Assembly: GCA_963663545.1 (NCBI GenBank)
Contig: OY760505.1
Coordinates: 2,432,001 to 2,496,000 of the forward strand
Source of the DNA: Candidatus Delongbacteria bacterium
GTDB lineage: Bacteria > CAIWAD01
DNA length: 64,000 nt
Direction of reading: 5' to 3'
Shown here: piece after piece, positions 48,594 to 58,830 of the stretch
Numbering within the stretch: position 1 is the first letter of the stretch
Layout of the letters: every line of letters begins with the position of its first letter
Made by a program: the position numbers and the translations under genes
Notes under the pieces: model-generated
The model's input: only the letters and a program-made list of their open reading frames with translations
Told to the model about the DNA's origin: nothing
The model's database searches: none

Positions 48594-49064
48594 ATGGATG
48601 TGAAGCGCGGACTGGCCAGAGACCTACTGTTGCTATTGCTGAGCGCGATTCCCGCTTGGTTGGTAGCTGGCCATATGGACCTGCTTGAAAGTCTGGTGGA
48701 GTTTTCGCAGCATCACGAACACCTTGAATTGGACGAGCTGATCGTGGCCGGGCTGTTCATGATGGTAGCCTCAACCTTCGTTATCTATCGTCAGTGGCGT
48801 CAAGCGCTTGATGCACGACGGCGCGCAGAGCGCAACTCAGCCGAATTGCAAGTAGCAATGCAGGAAGTGAAAACCCTGCGTGGCATTTTGCCCATCTGCT
48901 TCAACTGCAAACGCATTCGAAATGACACCGGTTACTGGCAACAGTTGGAGGAGTACATCGGGCAGCACAGCGAGGCGATGTTCAGCCACGGTTTGTGTGA
49001 GGAGTGCGCACTCAAGCTCTTTCCCGAGTACGCCGACGAGGAGCCAAAGCCTGAGCGCGACTAG
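48594..49064 (+). CDS. Membrane protein with C-terminal CxxC...HGxCxxC domain (signalling-associated)
   Basis: GGAGG RBS, two TM helices, LRGILPICFNCKRIR...W...FSHGLCEEC. Confidence 0.85.
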   Translation: MDVKRGLARDLLLLLLSAIPAWLVAGHMDLLESLVEFSQHHEHLELDELIVAGLFMMVASTFVIYRQWRQALDARRRAERNSAELQVAMQEVKTLRGILPICFNCKRIRNDTGYWQQLEEYIGQHSEAMFSHGLCEECALKLFPEYADEEPKPERD

Positions 49065-49109
49065 CCTGTGTGATACACCGGAAACCCGTTTCCCCAACCC
49101 GGAGGCCTT

Positions 49110-49385
49110 CTGGATATAGCCCTGCTTGCACTGACACTGCTACTGGCGATAGTGGCCTTCTTTCTTCTGATTTCCTTCCTGAGCGCCGAGGTTCACCATC
49201 CCGGTGAAGGCGTTGCCGTGCTCAAACTGCTGCTGCGTGATCCACACTCGAACAGGATACGTGCGCACGAACTGCCACGCATTCGTAGAATCGGCCGTCT
49301 TGGTCTCTGGCTATTGGCGCTGGTGCTTGTCTGGGCTGCGTTATCCCTCTACGGTCTTTTCACGGGCTTGCTCGAAGTCCTGTGA
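49110..49385 (+). CDS. Small two-TM hypothetical protein (CTG start at 49110 or GTG at 49152)
   Basis: Hydrophobic ORF with GGAGG at 49101; overlaps the 3' end of xdhC. Confidence 0.4.
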   Translation: MDIALLALTLLLAIVAFFLLISFLSAEVHHPGEGVAVLKLLLRDPHSNRIRAHELPRIRRIGRLGLWLLALVLVWAALSLYGLFTGLLEVL

Positions 49386-50378
49386 TACAAGACCTTCCAT
49401 CCGCTTGATGCGAATCATCTCCGCAGCAATACTGATCGCGATCTCTTCCGGTGTCACACTGCCGATTTCCAGGCCAATGGGCGAATGGACACGATCCAGA
49501 GCGTCCGCAGAGATGCCCTCGGCAAGCAAGTGCTGTCGCAGGCTGGCGACTTTGCTTTTGCTTCCAAGCATACCCAGGTAACGGTACTTCCGGTTGACCA
49601 ACAGACGTAGCACGGCTTCGTCATACTGGTGACCAAAGGTCATGATGCACACCCAGTTGCGCTGGCCTTCTGGAATGAAGGAGGTGATTTCGCCGTACTC
49701 CATTCCACTGTGACACGTGGCCCACTGGTTGGCCTGCATTGTGGGAACCTGCTCCCGATTGTCGAAGACGCTGATATTGAAGCCTAACTGATCCAGCACT
49801 CGTGAAAGCGCCAGGCTGACATGCCCACCCCCAACAATGTAGACGTGATCCAAGGTGCCAAGACTTAACTCGTAGCACCAGTCCAAGGGTTCACCCGTGT
49901 TACAGTTAGGACCGGCGCTCTCCCACCAGCGGTTGATGGGGGCCTCGCCATTCTCGTGGACGAAACGTATTCGACCGGGTTCGAGTACGAGGCGAACCGC
50001 TATCTCTTCACGCAGAAGACAACACAGCTCGCGAATGACGGGTAGCTCCTGCTTGCCCAGATAATGGATCAGGAAGGTCTGACTACCGGAGCAGATCATC
50101 CCTGATGCATCCTTGTCATCTGAGCCGTTGTGGTTCATGTGTATTACGCGACTTCGAGGTCCGCCTTCCCGCAACATGGCTTTGGCTATTTCTGCCAGTG
50201 AGTGTTCTGCACTACCGCCGCCGATTGTGCCGATCATATGACCCTTTTGATCCAGCAGCATGGCCGCACCCGGGCCGTTGGGTGTAGATCCGGTTGCCGC
50301 CGTAATTATAAGTAGGCAGACCGGACGACCCAGGCTTAACTCGCGGAGAGCGTAATTCCAAAGGCGAAGATTGATCAT
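49341..50378 (-). CDS. xdhC: XdhC/CoxI molybdenum-cofactor maturation factor
   Basis: GSTP, GTIGGG, MICSG, GGGHV, MTFGH, YLGMLGS, PIGLEIGSVTPEEIAISI. Confidence 0.92.
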   Translation of the reverse strand: MINLRLWNYALRELSLGRPVCLLIITAATGSTPNGPGAAMLLDQKGHMIGTIGGGSAEHSLAEIAKAMLREGGPRSRVIHMNHNGSDDKDASGMICSGSQTFLIHYLGKQELPVIRELCCLLREEIAVRLVLEPGRIRFVHENGEAPINRWWESAGPNCNTGEPLDWCYELSLGTLDHVYIVGGGHVSLALSRVLDQLGFNISVFDNREQVPTMQANQWATCHSGMEYGEITSFIPEGQRNWVCIMTFGHQYDEAVLRLLVNRKYRYLGMLGSKSKVASLRQHLLAEGISADALDRVHSPIGLEIGSVTPEEIAISIAAEMIRIKRMEGLVSQDFEQAREKTVEG

Positions 50379-50407
50379 GGGTACTGGACTCCACACTGAT
50401 GCAGTAG

Positions 50408-52666
50408 TTAACTCAACTCGTTGTGCAGAAAGCGATGCATGCGCTCATTGGTCATGGGAGCGTGATACAAAAGCTCTTTTCCCGGGAGTGCTGCGCGCAG
50501 TGCGTCCGCAATGGCGAACCAGGCACCGATACCGTACATCAGCGGCGGCTCGCCAAAGCCCTTTGTATGGAACACGGCGTGCTCGTTGTCCGAACCCGCA
50601 AGGAACTCTACGTGCAGCTTTTCCGGCATGGCGTGAATGTCGGGGACCTTGTACGTCGTCAACGAGTCATTAAGCAGGCGCCCTGCGGCTGTGTAGCGCA
50701 GCTCTTCCATTGTCATCCAGCCAAGTCCCTGAGCCAATGCGCCCTCTATCTGGCCAAGGTCCACAACAGGATCAAGCAGTTTGCCGCCATCGTGCGTGAT
50801 CCAGATTTCATCGAGCGTGGCTGTACCTAGCAGGCAGTCAACGGTTGCTTGTATTACGGCTGCGCCATAAACGTGATACGCGAAGGGGCTACCCTGCTCG
50901 CGTTCTTTGTCGTAGAAAATGCCCGGCGTGGCGTAGTAGGAGTGCGCGCTAAGATCTGTGCGGCTCCAATAGGCGCGATCCACCAGCTTCTGCCAGACCA
51001 GGGAGGTGGGCTGCCCCTTTGCCGTCACACATCCGTTCAGCAACTCCAGTTCGTCCAGCGGCACGGCGAGCTCTTTTTCTGCCACTTTCAGCAGACGCTC
51101 CCGCAGACTGCGACAGGCAAAGAGCACGGCCATGCCATTCAAGTCAGTGGCTGTGCTGGCTGCCGTCGGCGACGTGTTGGCTACGCGACGTGTGTGTGTC
51201 GGGTCCACCTGTACTAGATCCAGGTCAATGCCCAACGTCGTTGCAGCAATACGACGCAGCTTCATGTTGACGCCCTGGCCCATTTCGACGGCGGCTGCGT
51301 TGAGACTGACGCTGCCATCGTTGTAGATGTGCACCAGCGCACCAGCCTGGTTCAGCGCTGTATTGGTGAAGGAGATGCCAAAACAGATGGGCATCATAGC
51401 CAACCCGCGCTTGTAGCGTGGTTCGCGTGCATTGTGCTCATCTGCACTTCTACGCAGCTCTACCCATTTGCACTGCTGTAACACAGCGTCAACGCAGGCC
51501 ACAGTTCGCACGTGTCGAGCCGGCTGGCCGTAGTGAAAGCGGTCGCCCTCTTGCAGAAGATTAAGACGCTGCAATTCCAGTGTATCACGACCAAGTTCGG
51601 TGGCCGCTTTTGCCAGGGCTGCTTCGATAACGAACATCGCTTGCGGTCCGCCAAAGCCGCGAAAGGCCGTATTCGGCGCAAGATTGGTCTTGCAGCAGTG
51701 CACGGTGATACGCGCATTCGGCAGGCGGTAGACGTTGCCCGCATGCAGCAAGGTGCGCTCCATGATGGCCGTGGAGAGATCGGCAGCCGCGCCGGAATTC
51801 TGGAAGAACTCGGCTTCGAAGGCCACGATCTTTCCCTGCTCGTCCAGGCCCAGTTTGAAGTCTGTGCTGTAGGGATGCCGCTTGCCGGTAGCTCGTACGT
51901 CTTCATGGCGTCGCAGAACGATCTTTGCCGCACGGCCTGTGTGACGCGCGGCGAGGGCGGCCATTGCTGCCCAAGCTGTGGCCTGATCCTCTTTTCCACC
52001 AAAGGCACCACCCAGGCGACGCACTTCTACCTCTACTAGATGCATGGGAAGTCCGAGTACGCCAGCAATGCCTTTCTGAACCGCAGTGGGCGATTGCGTG
52101 GAGGAGTAGACGGTGACACGTCCGCGCTCATCGGGAAGCACCATGGCAGCCTGAACCTCCAGGTAGAGATGCTCCTGGCCGCCGCTCTCCGTGCTTCCGC
52201 TGATGATTCTGCTGCACTGACTCCAGGCCGAGTCTGTATCACCGCAGGCTACAGTTCGCGAAGGTGCCACAAAGTAGCCGCGAGCCGCTGCTGCACGTGC
52301 ATCCAGAATGGGCTCCAACTCTTCGATGTCGAGTTTCACCTTGGCCGCTGCAGCGCGCGCCAGCTCGGCGTTTTCCGCAACCACGAGAGCCACAACCTGA
52401 CCGATAAAGTGCACTTCGCCATCTGCCAGCAGCGCTTCGTCCTGTACGATGGTGCCCACCTGGTTCACACCAGGGATATCCTTTGCACCAAGCACGGCCA
52501 CGATTCCCGGTATGCCCTGAAGTGCTGATGTGTCACAGTTCCTAATATGGCCGTGTGCCACAGGGGAGAAGACGGGCACTACATGTAGCAATCCGGCGGG
52601 TTCGGGTAGATCATCCAGAAAGAGGCTTTCGCCGCGTACGTGATGATAGGTGTCGGTGTTGCTCAT
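50408..52666 (-). CDS. xdhB: Xanthine dehydrogenase molybdopterin-binding subunit
   Basis: QEHLYLE, GGAFGGKE, AFRGFGGPQ, EMGQG, GEPP. Confidence 0.92.
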   Translation of the reverse strand: MSNTDTYHHVRGESLFLDDLPEPAGLLHVVPVFSPVAHGHIRNCDTSALQGIPGIVAVLGAKDIPGVNQVGTIVQDEALLADGEVHFIGQVVALVVAENAELARAAAAKVKLDIEELEPILDARAAAARGYFVAPSRTVACGDTDSAWSQCSRIISGSTESGGQEHLYLEVQAAMVLPDERGRVTVYSSTQSPTAVQKGIAGVLGLPMHLVEVEVRRLGGAFGGKEDQATAWAAMAALAARHTGRAAKIVLRRHEDVRATGKRHPYSTDFKLGLDEQGKIVAFEAEFFQNSGAAADLSTAIMERTLLHAGNVYRLPNARITVHCCKTNLAPNTAFRGFGGPQAMFVIEAALAKAATELGRDTLELQRLNLLQEGDRFHYGQPARHVRTVACVDAVLQQCKWVELRRSADEHNAREPRYKRGLAMMPICFGISFTNTALNQAGALVHIYNDGSVSLNAAAVEMGQGVNMKLRRIAATTLGIDLDLVQVDPTHTRRVANTSPTAASTATDLNGMAVLFACRSLRERLLKVAEKELAVPLDELELLNGCVTAKGQPTSLVWQKLVDRAYWSRTDLSAHSYYATPGIFYDKEREQGSPFAYHVYGAAVIQATVDCLLGTATLDEIWITHDGGKLLDPVVDLGQIEGALAQGLGWMTMEELRYTAAGRLLNDSLTTYKVPDIHAMPEKLHVEFLAGSDNEHAVFHTKGFGEPPLMYGIGAWFAIADALRAALPGKELLYHAPMTNERMHRFLHNELS

Positions 52667-54069
52667 GCTTCCTCCCCGCGACGGCTAAAGAGCTTTTCAA
52701 AATGCGCGCACACCAATCGTCCCAGCAGATCCCGCTTGTATTCGGCGCTGCCGCGCACATCGTCAATGGGACTAACTTCGGCGCAGGCTGACTCTACGGC
52801 TTCCGCCACCAGAGCTTCACACAGGCTCCTGCCGCACAGGGCTGCCGATGTCTTGCGCAACAGCAGGGGAACCGGAGCGACGCCACCGGCTGAGATCCGG
52901 CAGTGTTGTATCACATCTCCATCCAGCTGTAGCCAAAGCGCGGAGTTTACGGCGGCAATATCCAGGTGCTTACGCTGTGACACTTTTTCGAAGTTGAAGA
53001 AGGTGCTTTCGTCCGGCAGCGGGACGCTCACGCTGTGAATCAACTCGCCGGGCTGTAGATCCAGCTGCTTGTAGCCCAGGAAGAAATCCTCCAGCGGCAG
53101 CTCGCGCTTTGTATCACCCTGCTCAAGCAACAGACGTCCACCGAGGGCCAATAGCATGATGCTCAGATCGCCAATGGGGGAAGCATTGACCAGGTTGCCG
53201 CCAATGGAAGCGCGGCGGCGAATAAGTTGCGAACTGATCAGTCTCAGTTGCTGCAACAGGCCGGGATAGGCCGAGAGCACCAGTTGGCTGCGCAGCAGCT
53301 CTTCGGCTGTCACCGCTGCTCCCAGGCTCAGGTGCTGGTTGTGCTCTTCGATGAGGTGTAGATCGGGGCGCCGGGAGAGCAGCTGCAGCTCTGTATCACG
53401 AAGCTGGTCCGCCTTTTGCACAAAGAGGTCCGTACCCCCCGCAATGACTACTCCTTCACGTGATACAGGAGCGGGTTCAATGGACTCCAGCAACTGGGCT
53501 GCACGCAGGAAATGCTCGGGTAACACACCGGCACCCACCAGCCAGGGAATGCGCTTCGCGTGATCCAAGGGCATGTTGGCAAAGGCGTCAACGATCTTCT
53601 CGAGCGCGCGACGAATAGCCGCATAACCCGTGCAGCGGCAGATCTGGCCCTCGACGGCGGCCAGTGCCTCCTCCATGGTAATGGCAGGGGCAGCCAGGAG
53701 AAAACCCGTCAGCGCTACAATGAAGCCGGGTGTGCAGAAGCCGCACTGGGTAGCGCCCTCGTCCACAAAAGCCTGCTGGATCGGTGAAAGCCCTTCGCCG
53801 TTGAGTCCTTCAATGGTGACCAGGTGACATCCGGCCAACTCGGCGGCAGGCAGCAGGCAGGAGGCCACGGCTCCGTAGCGGACGCAAGGCGCAGAACCCT
53901 GCGGGTCGAGCTTGCCCAGCAACACCGTGCACGCGCCGCAGTCGCCCTCGCGGCAACCTTCCTTAGTTCCCTTCAGTCCCGTATCACGCCGGATTACATC
54001 CAGTACAACCTTTCCGGGTGGTAATTCCAACTCGCAGAGGCTGTGGTTCAGCAGGAAGTTCAGTTTCAC
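52663..54069 (-). CDS. xdhA: Xanthine dehydrogenase 2Fe-2S/FAD subunit
   Basis: GTKEGCREGDCGACT, QCGFCTPG, CRCTGY, AGGTD, GGNLVNASPIGD. Confidence 0.92.
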   Translation of the reverse strand: MKLNFLLNHSLCELELPPGKVVLDVIRRDTGLKGTKEGCREGDCGACTVLLGKLDPQGSAPCVRYGAVASCLLPAAELAGCHLVTIEGLNGEGLSPIQQAFVDEGATQCGFCTPGFIVALTGFLLAAPAITMEEALAAVEGQICRCTGYAAIRRALEKIVDAFANMPLDHAKRIPWLVGAGVLPEHFLRAAQLLESIEPAPVSREGVVIAGGTDLFVQKADQLRDTELQLLSRRPDLHLIEEHNQHLSLGAAVTAEELLRSQLVLSAYPGLLQQLRLISSQLIRRRASIGGNLVNASPIGDLSIMLLALGGRLLLEQGDTKRELPLEDFFLGYKQLDLQPGELIHSVSVPLPDESTFFNFEKVSQRKHLDIAAVNSALWLQLDGDVIQHCRISAGGVAPVPLLLRKTSAALCGRSLCEALVAEAVESACAEVSPIDDVRGSAEYKRDLLGRLVCAHFEKLFSRRGEEA

Positions 54070-54302
54070 CTTGTACGTCCTTGTTTTTGTGCACTACAAG
54101 ATAAGGCCCGCAGTGGAGTCATGCAGTCACTGATGGCCGACCTCCAGCTTTGATGAGAAGGGCGAATTGTGGTCAAGAACCGGCGGATCGAACACACTTT
54201 CCGGCAGTGCAAAGAGATTGGGAGACAAACTAAAGCTGCGAAAACGATGAAAAATCAATGAATAACGAGGCTTAGATGCTGGATGAAACACTGTGCAAAG
54301 AA

Positions 54303-54317
54303 TGGCACAAGGCTTGC
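54303..54317 (+). promoter_or_regulatory. Sigma54 -24/-12 promoter
   Basis: Exact consensus TGGCAC-AAGGC-TTGC, about 46 bp before the ATG at 54364. Confidence 0.8.
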
Positions 54318-54363
54318 TGAAGACGCTACAGCAAAACTAATCATCGTATTGAGAAATGAAATC

Positions 54364-56550
54364 ATGAAGAACTTGCATTGGCTGATCCTCTTCCTCTTGC
54401 TGTTTGCCTCCTCCGTGTTCGCTGACATTCGCAGCAATGCCGGGGATTTCGATTGTGGCACACTGTTCAACACCAACTCTTACACGACCGGGCGAAACCA
54501 GACCCTCATTCCCGCAGAGCTGATCCGGTACTCGCTGGACAGTAACACAATCACCGGACTTACACTCACCATGGAGGATGTAACGCCACGCGCTTTTGCC
54601 CGTTGGCGCATTTCCATGATGAACACCAGTCTCCACGAAGCGGACGCACTGACTTTCCAGCCTTTGAGCCAGCTTACGGAAGTCTTCGAGAGCACCGACA
54701 TTGTCACTCGCTTCTACGACATCAATATCACCTTCCAAACACCCTTCGTTTGGGATGGCCATTCAAATCTGCTGATCGATTTTGGCTGGGAGACCGACGC
54801 GGCCTTAGGGATCAACACTAACATCGCCGGTGCCTGGACAACCGCCGGTGGGCGAATGCTGGTCAATGCGGCTTTCGGCTACAGCGGGGTCAACGAGGAC
54901 CTGGTTACACCCTTTGGCAGATATCAGGCTGTGCCGCGTTACATCCTGCAGGGTGTGAATTACCTCGCTCCCGATTTTGGCATCGGCCAGCACAGCAGCA
55001 ATGGTGACATGATTGTGCCCTTTGGAAGTCACTGGCGCGCAGAACCCGGTTTTTCGCTGAGCATGGACGATGGGACCGAGTTCTATATCTATGGCAACGC
55101 CGAGTTCGCTGGCCAGCCAGGGGATAGCATTTTCTTCGAGTTTGCTGGTTGGTCCTCAATTCGTGTGAAGGAAGGCGGCAGCCTGGACGCGCAGTATTGC
55201 AACATCAGCGGTGGCGGGATTGCTGCGAGCGACGCAAGCTTGCACTTGGAGCATAGTTGGATTCATCACTCCCGAGGATTCGGACTGTATTGTTCCGGCA
55301 ACGAGCTGTGCGACGCGAGCGTGAAAGAGCTTCGTATCAGCTCCTGCGACATCGCTTGGTACAACGCAGCCCTGGCGATCACGGGCATGACCCAGATCGA
55401 GCTGAGTCGTGTGATCCTGGATCACAACTATGGTAACACGAAGCCGGTGCTGGTGCGTTGTGGCTTGCCGGTGCTCCTCGATCGGCTTACCGTTATGGAC
55501 AATTCCAACGGCTATGAATCTTGGATTCAGACTCGCGGCACACGTAACACGCTTATCCGTAATAGCATTCTCTGGCAGCCAGGCGTTCCGCTATTGGAGG
55601 CCAGGAACAGCAGCCAACTGATTTTGCAGAACTGCGTCGTCTCGGATAACGGTGAGAGCGCCGAGGGCAATGTGGTCCTGTCCAGCGGCAACCTTTTTAC
55701 CGAACCCGAGATGTACACCGACGGCAGCTACCGTCCGTGGTACGACAGCGAAGTCATCGACGCCGGCTACCCCTACAGCGAGCCCGATCCCGACGGCACA
55801 CGCGCTGACATCGGTGCGGTCTACGACGACCAGTCTTCGCCGCGTTTTGAAGACAGTGCCGACGTGCCCGACGATCAGGGGCGCCAGGTGCAGATTGTCT
55901 GGGAGTCCAGCTCGCTGGATCGCACTCAGGTCAACCCAGACTGGTTCTACAGCGTCTGGCGCCTGGACGACAACTACGGACAGGTCGACCGTGCCGCCAC
56001 CGTGTATCACAGCTTGAACGAGGCAGCAGCCGAGGCTGCGCGCGTGGCGGGGCAGGGCGTGCTGGTGCAGGATGTCGCCATCGACGGAAGTCGTGACGAT
56101 GTGCCCGTTGTGCTGACCTTCCTGACCGAAGTGCCATGCGTCCAGCTTGACTATTACTCCGTGACCGTTCCTTCTGCCGTGGACGGTCTGGCTACCTTCT
56201 ACGTCGTATTCTGGCACGGCCCTGGAGAACCGGTGAATACGGCCGGTCAGGCGACGAGCTACGACAACCTCGCTCCTGATGCTGTTAGCTCCGTTGCGCT
56301 GGCACCACGTGACACAGAAACCCTGCGTCTGCACTGGGACGAGGTTAGCACGGGTACAGCTTCCGACGGAACGCGACTGCCCGAGTTGAACGGCGTGTGG
56401 TACAAGGTGTATCACTGCGATCAGCCCTACTTCGATCTCGACGAAGGCACTTTGCTGGGCGTTGTCGACAGCCCGGAGCTACTGCTGCCAATGCCTTCCG
56501 GCAACATGCGCGCCTTCTACCGCATCGTCGCTGTGGACGTGCTTAAGTAG
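54364..56550 (+). CDS. Secreted beta-helix protein, paralog 1 of 3, with FN3-like C-terminal domain
   Basis: Signal peptide; DPDGTRADIGA; DVPDDQG...YSVWR...RLPELNGV...FYRIVA. Confidence 0.85.
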   Translation: MKNLHWLILFLLLFASSVFADIRSNAGDFDCGTLFNTNSYTTGRNQTLIPAELIRYSLDSNTITGLTLTMEDVTPRAFARWRISMMNTSLHEADALTFQPLSQLTEVFESTDIVTRFYDINITFQTPFVWDGHSNLLIDFGWETDAALGINTNIAGAWTTAGGRMLVNAAFGYSGVNEDLVTPFGRYQAVPRYILQGVNYLAPDFGIGQHSSNGDMIVPFGSHWRAEPGFSLSMDDGTEFYIYGNAEFAGQPGDSIFFEFAGWSSIRVKEGGSLDAQYCNISGGGIAASDASLHLEHSWIHHSRGFGLYCSGNELCDASVKELRISSCDIAWYNAALAITGMTQIELSRVILDHNYGNTKPVLVRCGLPVLLDRLTVMDNSNGYESWIQTRGTRNTLIRNSILWQPGVPLLEARNSSQLILQNCVVSDNGESAEGNVVLSSGNLFTEPEMYTDGSYRPWYDSEVIDAGYPYSEPDPDGTRADIGAVYDDQSSPRFEDSADVPDDQGRQVQIVWESSSLDRTQVNPDWFYSVWRLDDNYGQVDRAATVYHSLNEAAAEAARVAGQGVLVQDVAIDGSRDDVPVVLTFLTEVPCVQLDYYSVTVPSAVDGLATFYVVFWHGPGEPVNTAGQATSYDNLAPDAVSSVALAPRDTETLRLHWDEVSTGTASDGTRLPELNGVWYKVYHCDQPYFDLDEGTLLGVVDSPELLLPMPSGNMRAFYRIVAVDVLK

Positions 56551-56638
56551 CCGTCAAAAAAATAGCCACTGCCGAGTGGCGTGATACGATTTGTAAGTAT
56601 TCGACAGGGGACGCGAGTCCCCTTTTCTGGAGGTTTCT

Positions 56639-58810
56639 ATGCGCTCTCTGCTCGCCTTTGTTTCACTTTGTGTGCTTGCCGGACTGGCGCAGGCTGCCAT
56701 GCCCGTTGGTGAGCTGACAAGCTCTACACCCAATGTGTTACGCACGACCAGATCAGACTGCCGCTGCCAGTTCATTCTGCGCGAGGATGAGATGATTGGC
56801 GATTTCGAAATGGCCGGCAGCATCAGCGCGCTTTCGCTTTACATCGATTCGATCTTTGGCGCCTCGGAGTTCTCGCTGACCCTCCGACTTGCTACGACTT
56901 CGGAAGACTGCTACGACACGGATACCTTTCTGCTGCCTAACGGCGGCGCATGGACGACGGTGATCAACGGCACCACGTACACGACAGAGACTCTCGCTAC
57001 TGATAGCTGGAAGTTCTTCTACTTCGATCAGAGCTATCCCTATTACAGCGGTAATCTGCTGGTGGACCTGTGCCTGGAGATCAGCACAATGGGCAACACC
57101 ATTGTTGTAGGCAGCAGCAGCCAGGAGTGCTACTCGGTGATTGAAGTACACGAAGACCTTGCCAGCGGAAACCTGCTGGACGCTAGCACAGGCAACCGAT
57201 CCACCAATCGTCCATCAGTGCTGCTCTGGGGACCCGCCGATCTGCTTCCAGAGCACCTCAGCGTGTGGGACAATCCCGTGTACTTGCGCGGGGAAACGCG
57301 TGTCGCTTCAGGGACCATCACTGTAGTGGACCCGGGTGTGGAGTTTGTCTGCGGACCTTGGGCCCAGCTGACTTGCCCCGGTACTTTGCTTGCCGAGGGT
57401 ACCGCGTCGGACAGCATCGTCTTTCGAGCAGCTGATCCGGCATTGGGTTGGAGGTATTTGTTTCTTGGCCGTACGACGGTCATGAGTCACGTCGATGTCT
57501 CCGGCATGACGAACCGGAGCAGCTTCAGCAGGGATGCGCAGATCAGTCAGTGCCGCTTTCATCACAATTCCGGTGAGCCTGTTTTTGAGTTCTCGGACAG
57601 CGGAACTCTGGACTTGTCGCAGCTACGGCTGGATCACAACACCGGTACACTGTTCAACGTGGAGTATTACGGTTACTTGCCCGTGCTGCGAATGGACCAC
57701 TGTCTGCTGGATCACAATCTGTCGACGATTGTGGGAGGCAGCATGCTGATGACCGGCTGGGGCGGACACATCGAACTCGAGAACTGCACGCTGGCGGATA
57801 ATGAGTACGACAACCTGGTGGAGCTCTACGGCACCGAGTTCAATCTGCAGGCCGTGCACTGCTTATTCGCCAACCCGGCCATTGAGAACCCCTGCAGCGA
57901 TAATCGTCCCGTGTTCCACTACTGCGCCAGCGAGCAGGACATTGATGCCAGCCCTGCCAATTGGGACTCCGGTTGTCTTACCGTCGCTCCGGAATTTGTC
58001 GATCGCGAAAGCGGCGACTACCGCTTGCAGATGAGCTCCGATGTGATCGATGCGGGTCATCCGTCGTATCACGATGCGGACCTGACAAGGCTTGATCCGG
58101 GTGCCTTCTTCTATGACCAGCGCGCGCCGCGCATGGATCCGAGCCAGGATGTGCCCGACGACCAGGGACACGCCGTCATCGTCGGTTGGTTGGCCAATAG
58201 CGTCAACCGTATCGCCGGACCAAGCGCTGACGCCTTCTACAGTGTGTGGCGCAGAGATGCCGAGACGGGAAATCGTGCACTGGTCTTCGCTGATTTCAAC
58301 GAGGCGACTGCCTACGCCGTGACACATCCTGACCAGCCGGTGTGCGTCGGCGCAGAGCGTGACGGTGTGTGGACTTTCGTGAGTCAGGTGCCAACGGTAG
58401 ATGTGGATGCGTATCAGCTTATCGCTCCCACCTTGGCGGATGAGGTGAACTACGCCTTTCGCGTCTTCTATCACGACCCGCAGGTGGTGATTGGCAGTAT
58501 GGAGATGTATGCACTGAGCGTGGACAATACACCGCCGGACTCACCCGTAGGTATGCGTATTACAGGTAGTCATGAGTCACTGCGACTGAGCTGGAATGCT
58601 GTTGAGACCGGCACCTCCAGCGAAGGACGCAGCCTGCCGGAGCTGAACGGCGTGAACTACCGCGTGTATCACCACGCGACGAATCCCTGGTTTGAGCTGG
58701 AGGACGGCGACTACCTGGGAACCGTCAACGGAACGTCGATTTCTCTGCCGACGCCCACAGGGAATGCGCGCGGCTTCTATCGCGTTGTCGCACAGGATAG
58801 CGCGGAGTAA
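56639..58810 (+). CDS. Secreted beta-helix protein, paralog 2 of 3
   Basis: Same architecture; DVPDDQG, YSVWR, LPELNGV, FYRVVA. Confidence 0.85.
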   Translation: MRSLLAFVSLCVLAGLAQAAMPVGELTSSTPNVLRTTRSDCRCQFILREDEMIGDFEMAGSISALSLYIDSIFGASEFSLTLRLATTSEDCYDTDTFLLPNGGAWTTVINGTTYTTETLATDSWKFFYFDQSYPYYSGNLLVDLCLEISTMGNTIVVGSSSQECYSVIEVHEDLASGNLLDASTGNRSTNRPSVLLWGPADLLPEHLSVWDNPVYLRGETRVASGTITVVDPGVEFVCGPWAQLTCPGTLLAEGTASDSIVFRAADPALGWRYLFLGRTTVMSHVDVSGMTNRSSFSRDAQISQCRFHHNSGEPVFEFSDSGTLDLSQLRLDHNTGTLFNVEYYGYLPVLRMDHCLLDHNLSTIVGGSMLMTGWGGHIELENCTLADNEYDNLVELYGTEFNLQAVHCLFANPAIENPCSDNRPVFHYCASEQDIDASPANWDSGCLTVAPEFVDRESGDYRLQMSSDVIDAGHPSYHDADLTRLDPGAFFYDQRAPRMDPSQDVPDDQGHAVIVGWLANSVNRIAGPSADAFYSVWRRDAETGNRALVFADFNEATAYAVTHPDQPVCVGAERDGVWTFVSQVPTVDVDAYQLIAPTLADEVNYAFRVFYHDPQVVIGSMEMYALSVDNTPPDSPVGMRITGSHESLRLSWNAVETGTSSEGRSLPELNGVNYRVYHHATNPWFELEDGDYLGTVNGTSISLPTPTGNARGFYRVVAQDSAE

Positions 58811-58830
58811 CCAGAATCGGGGGAGGTTGT

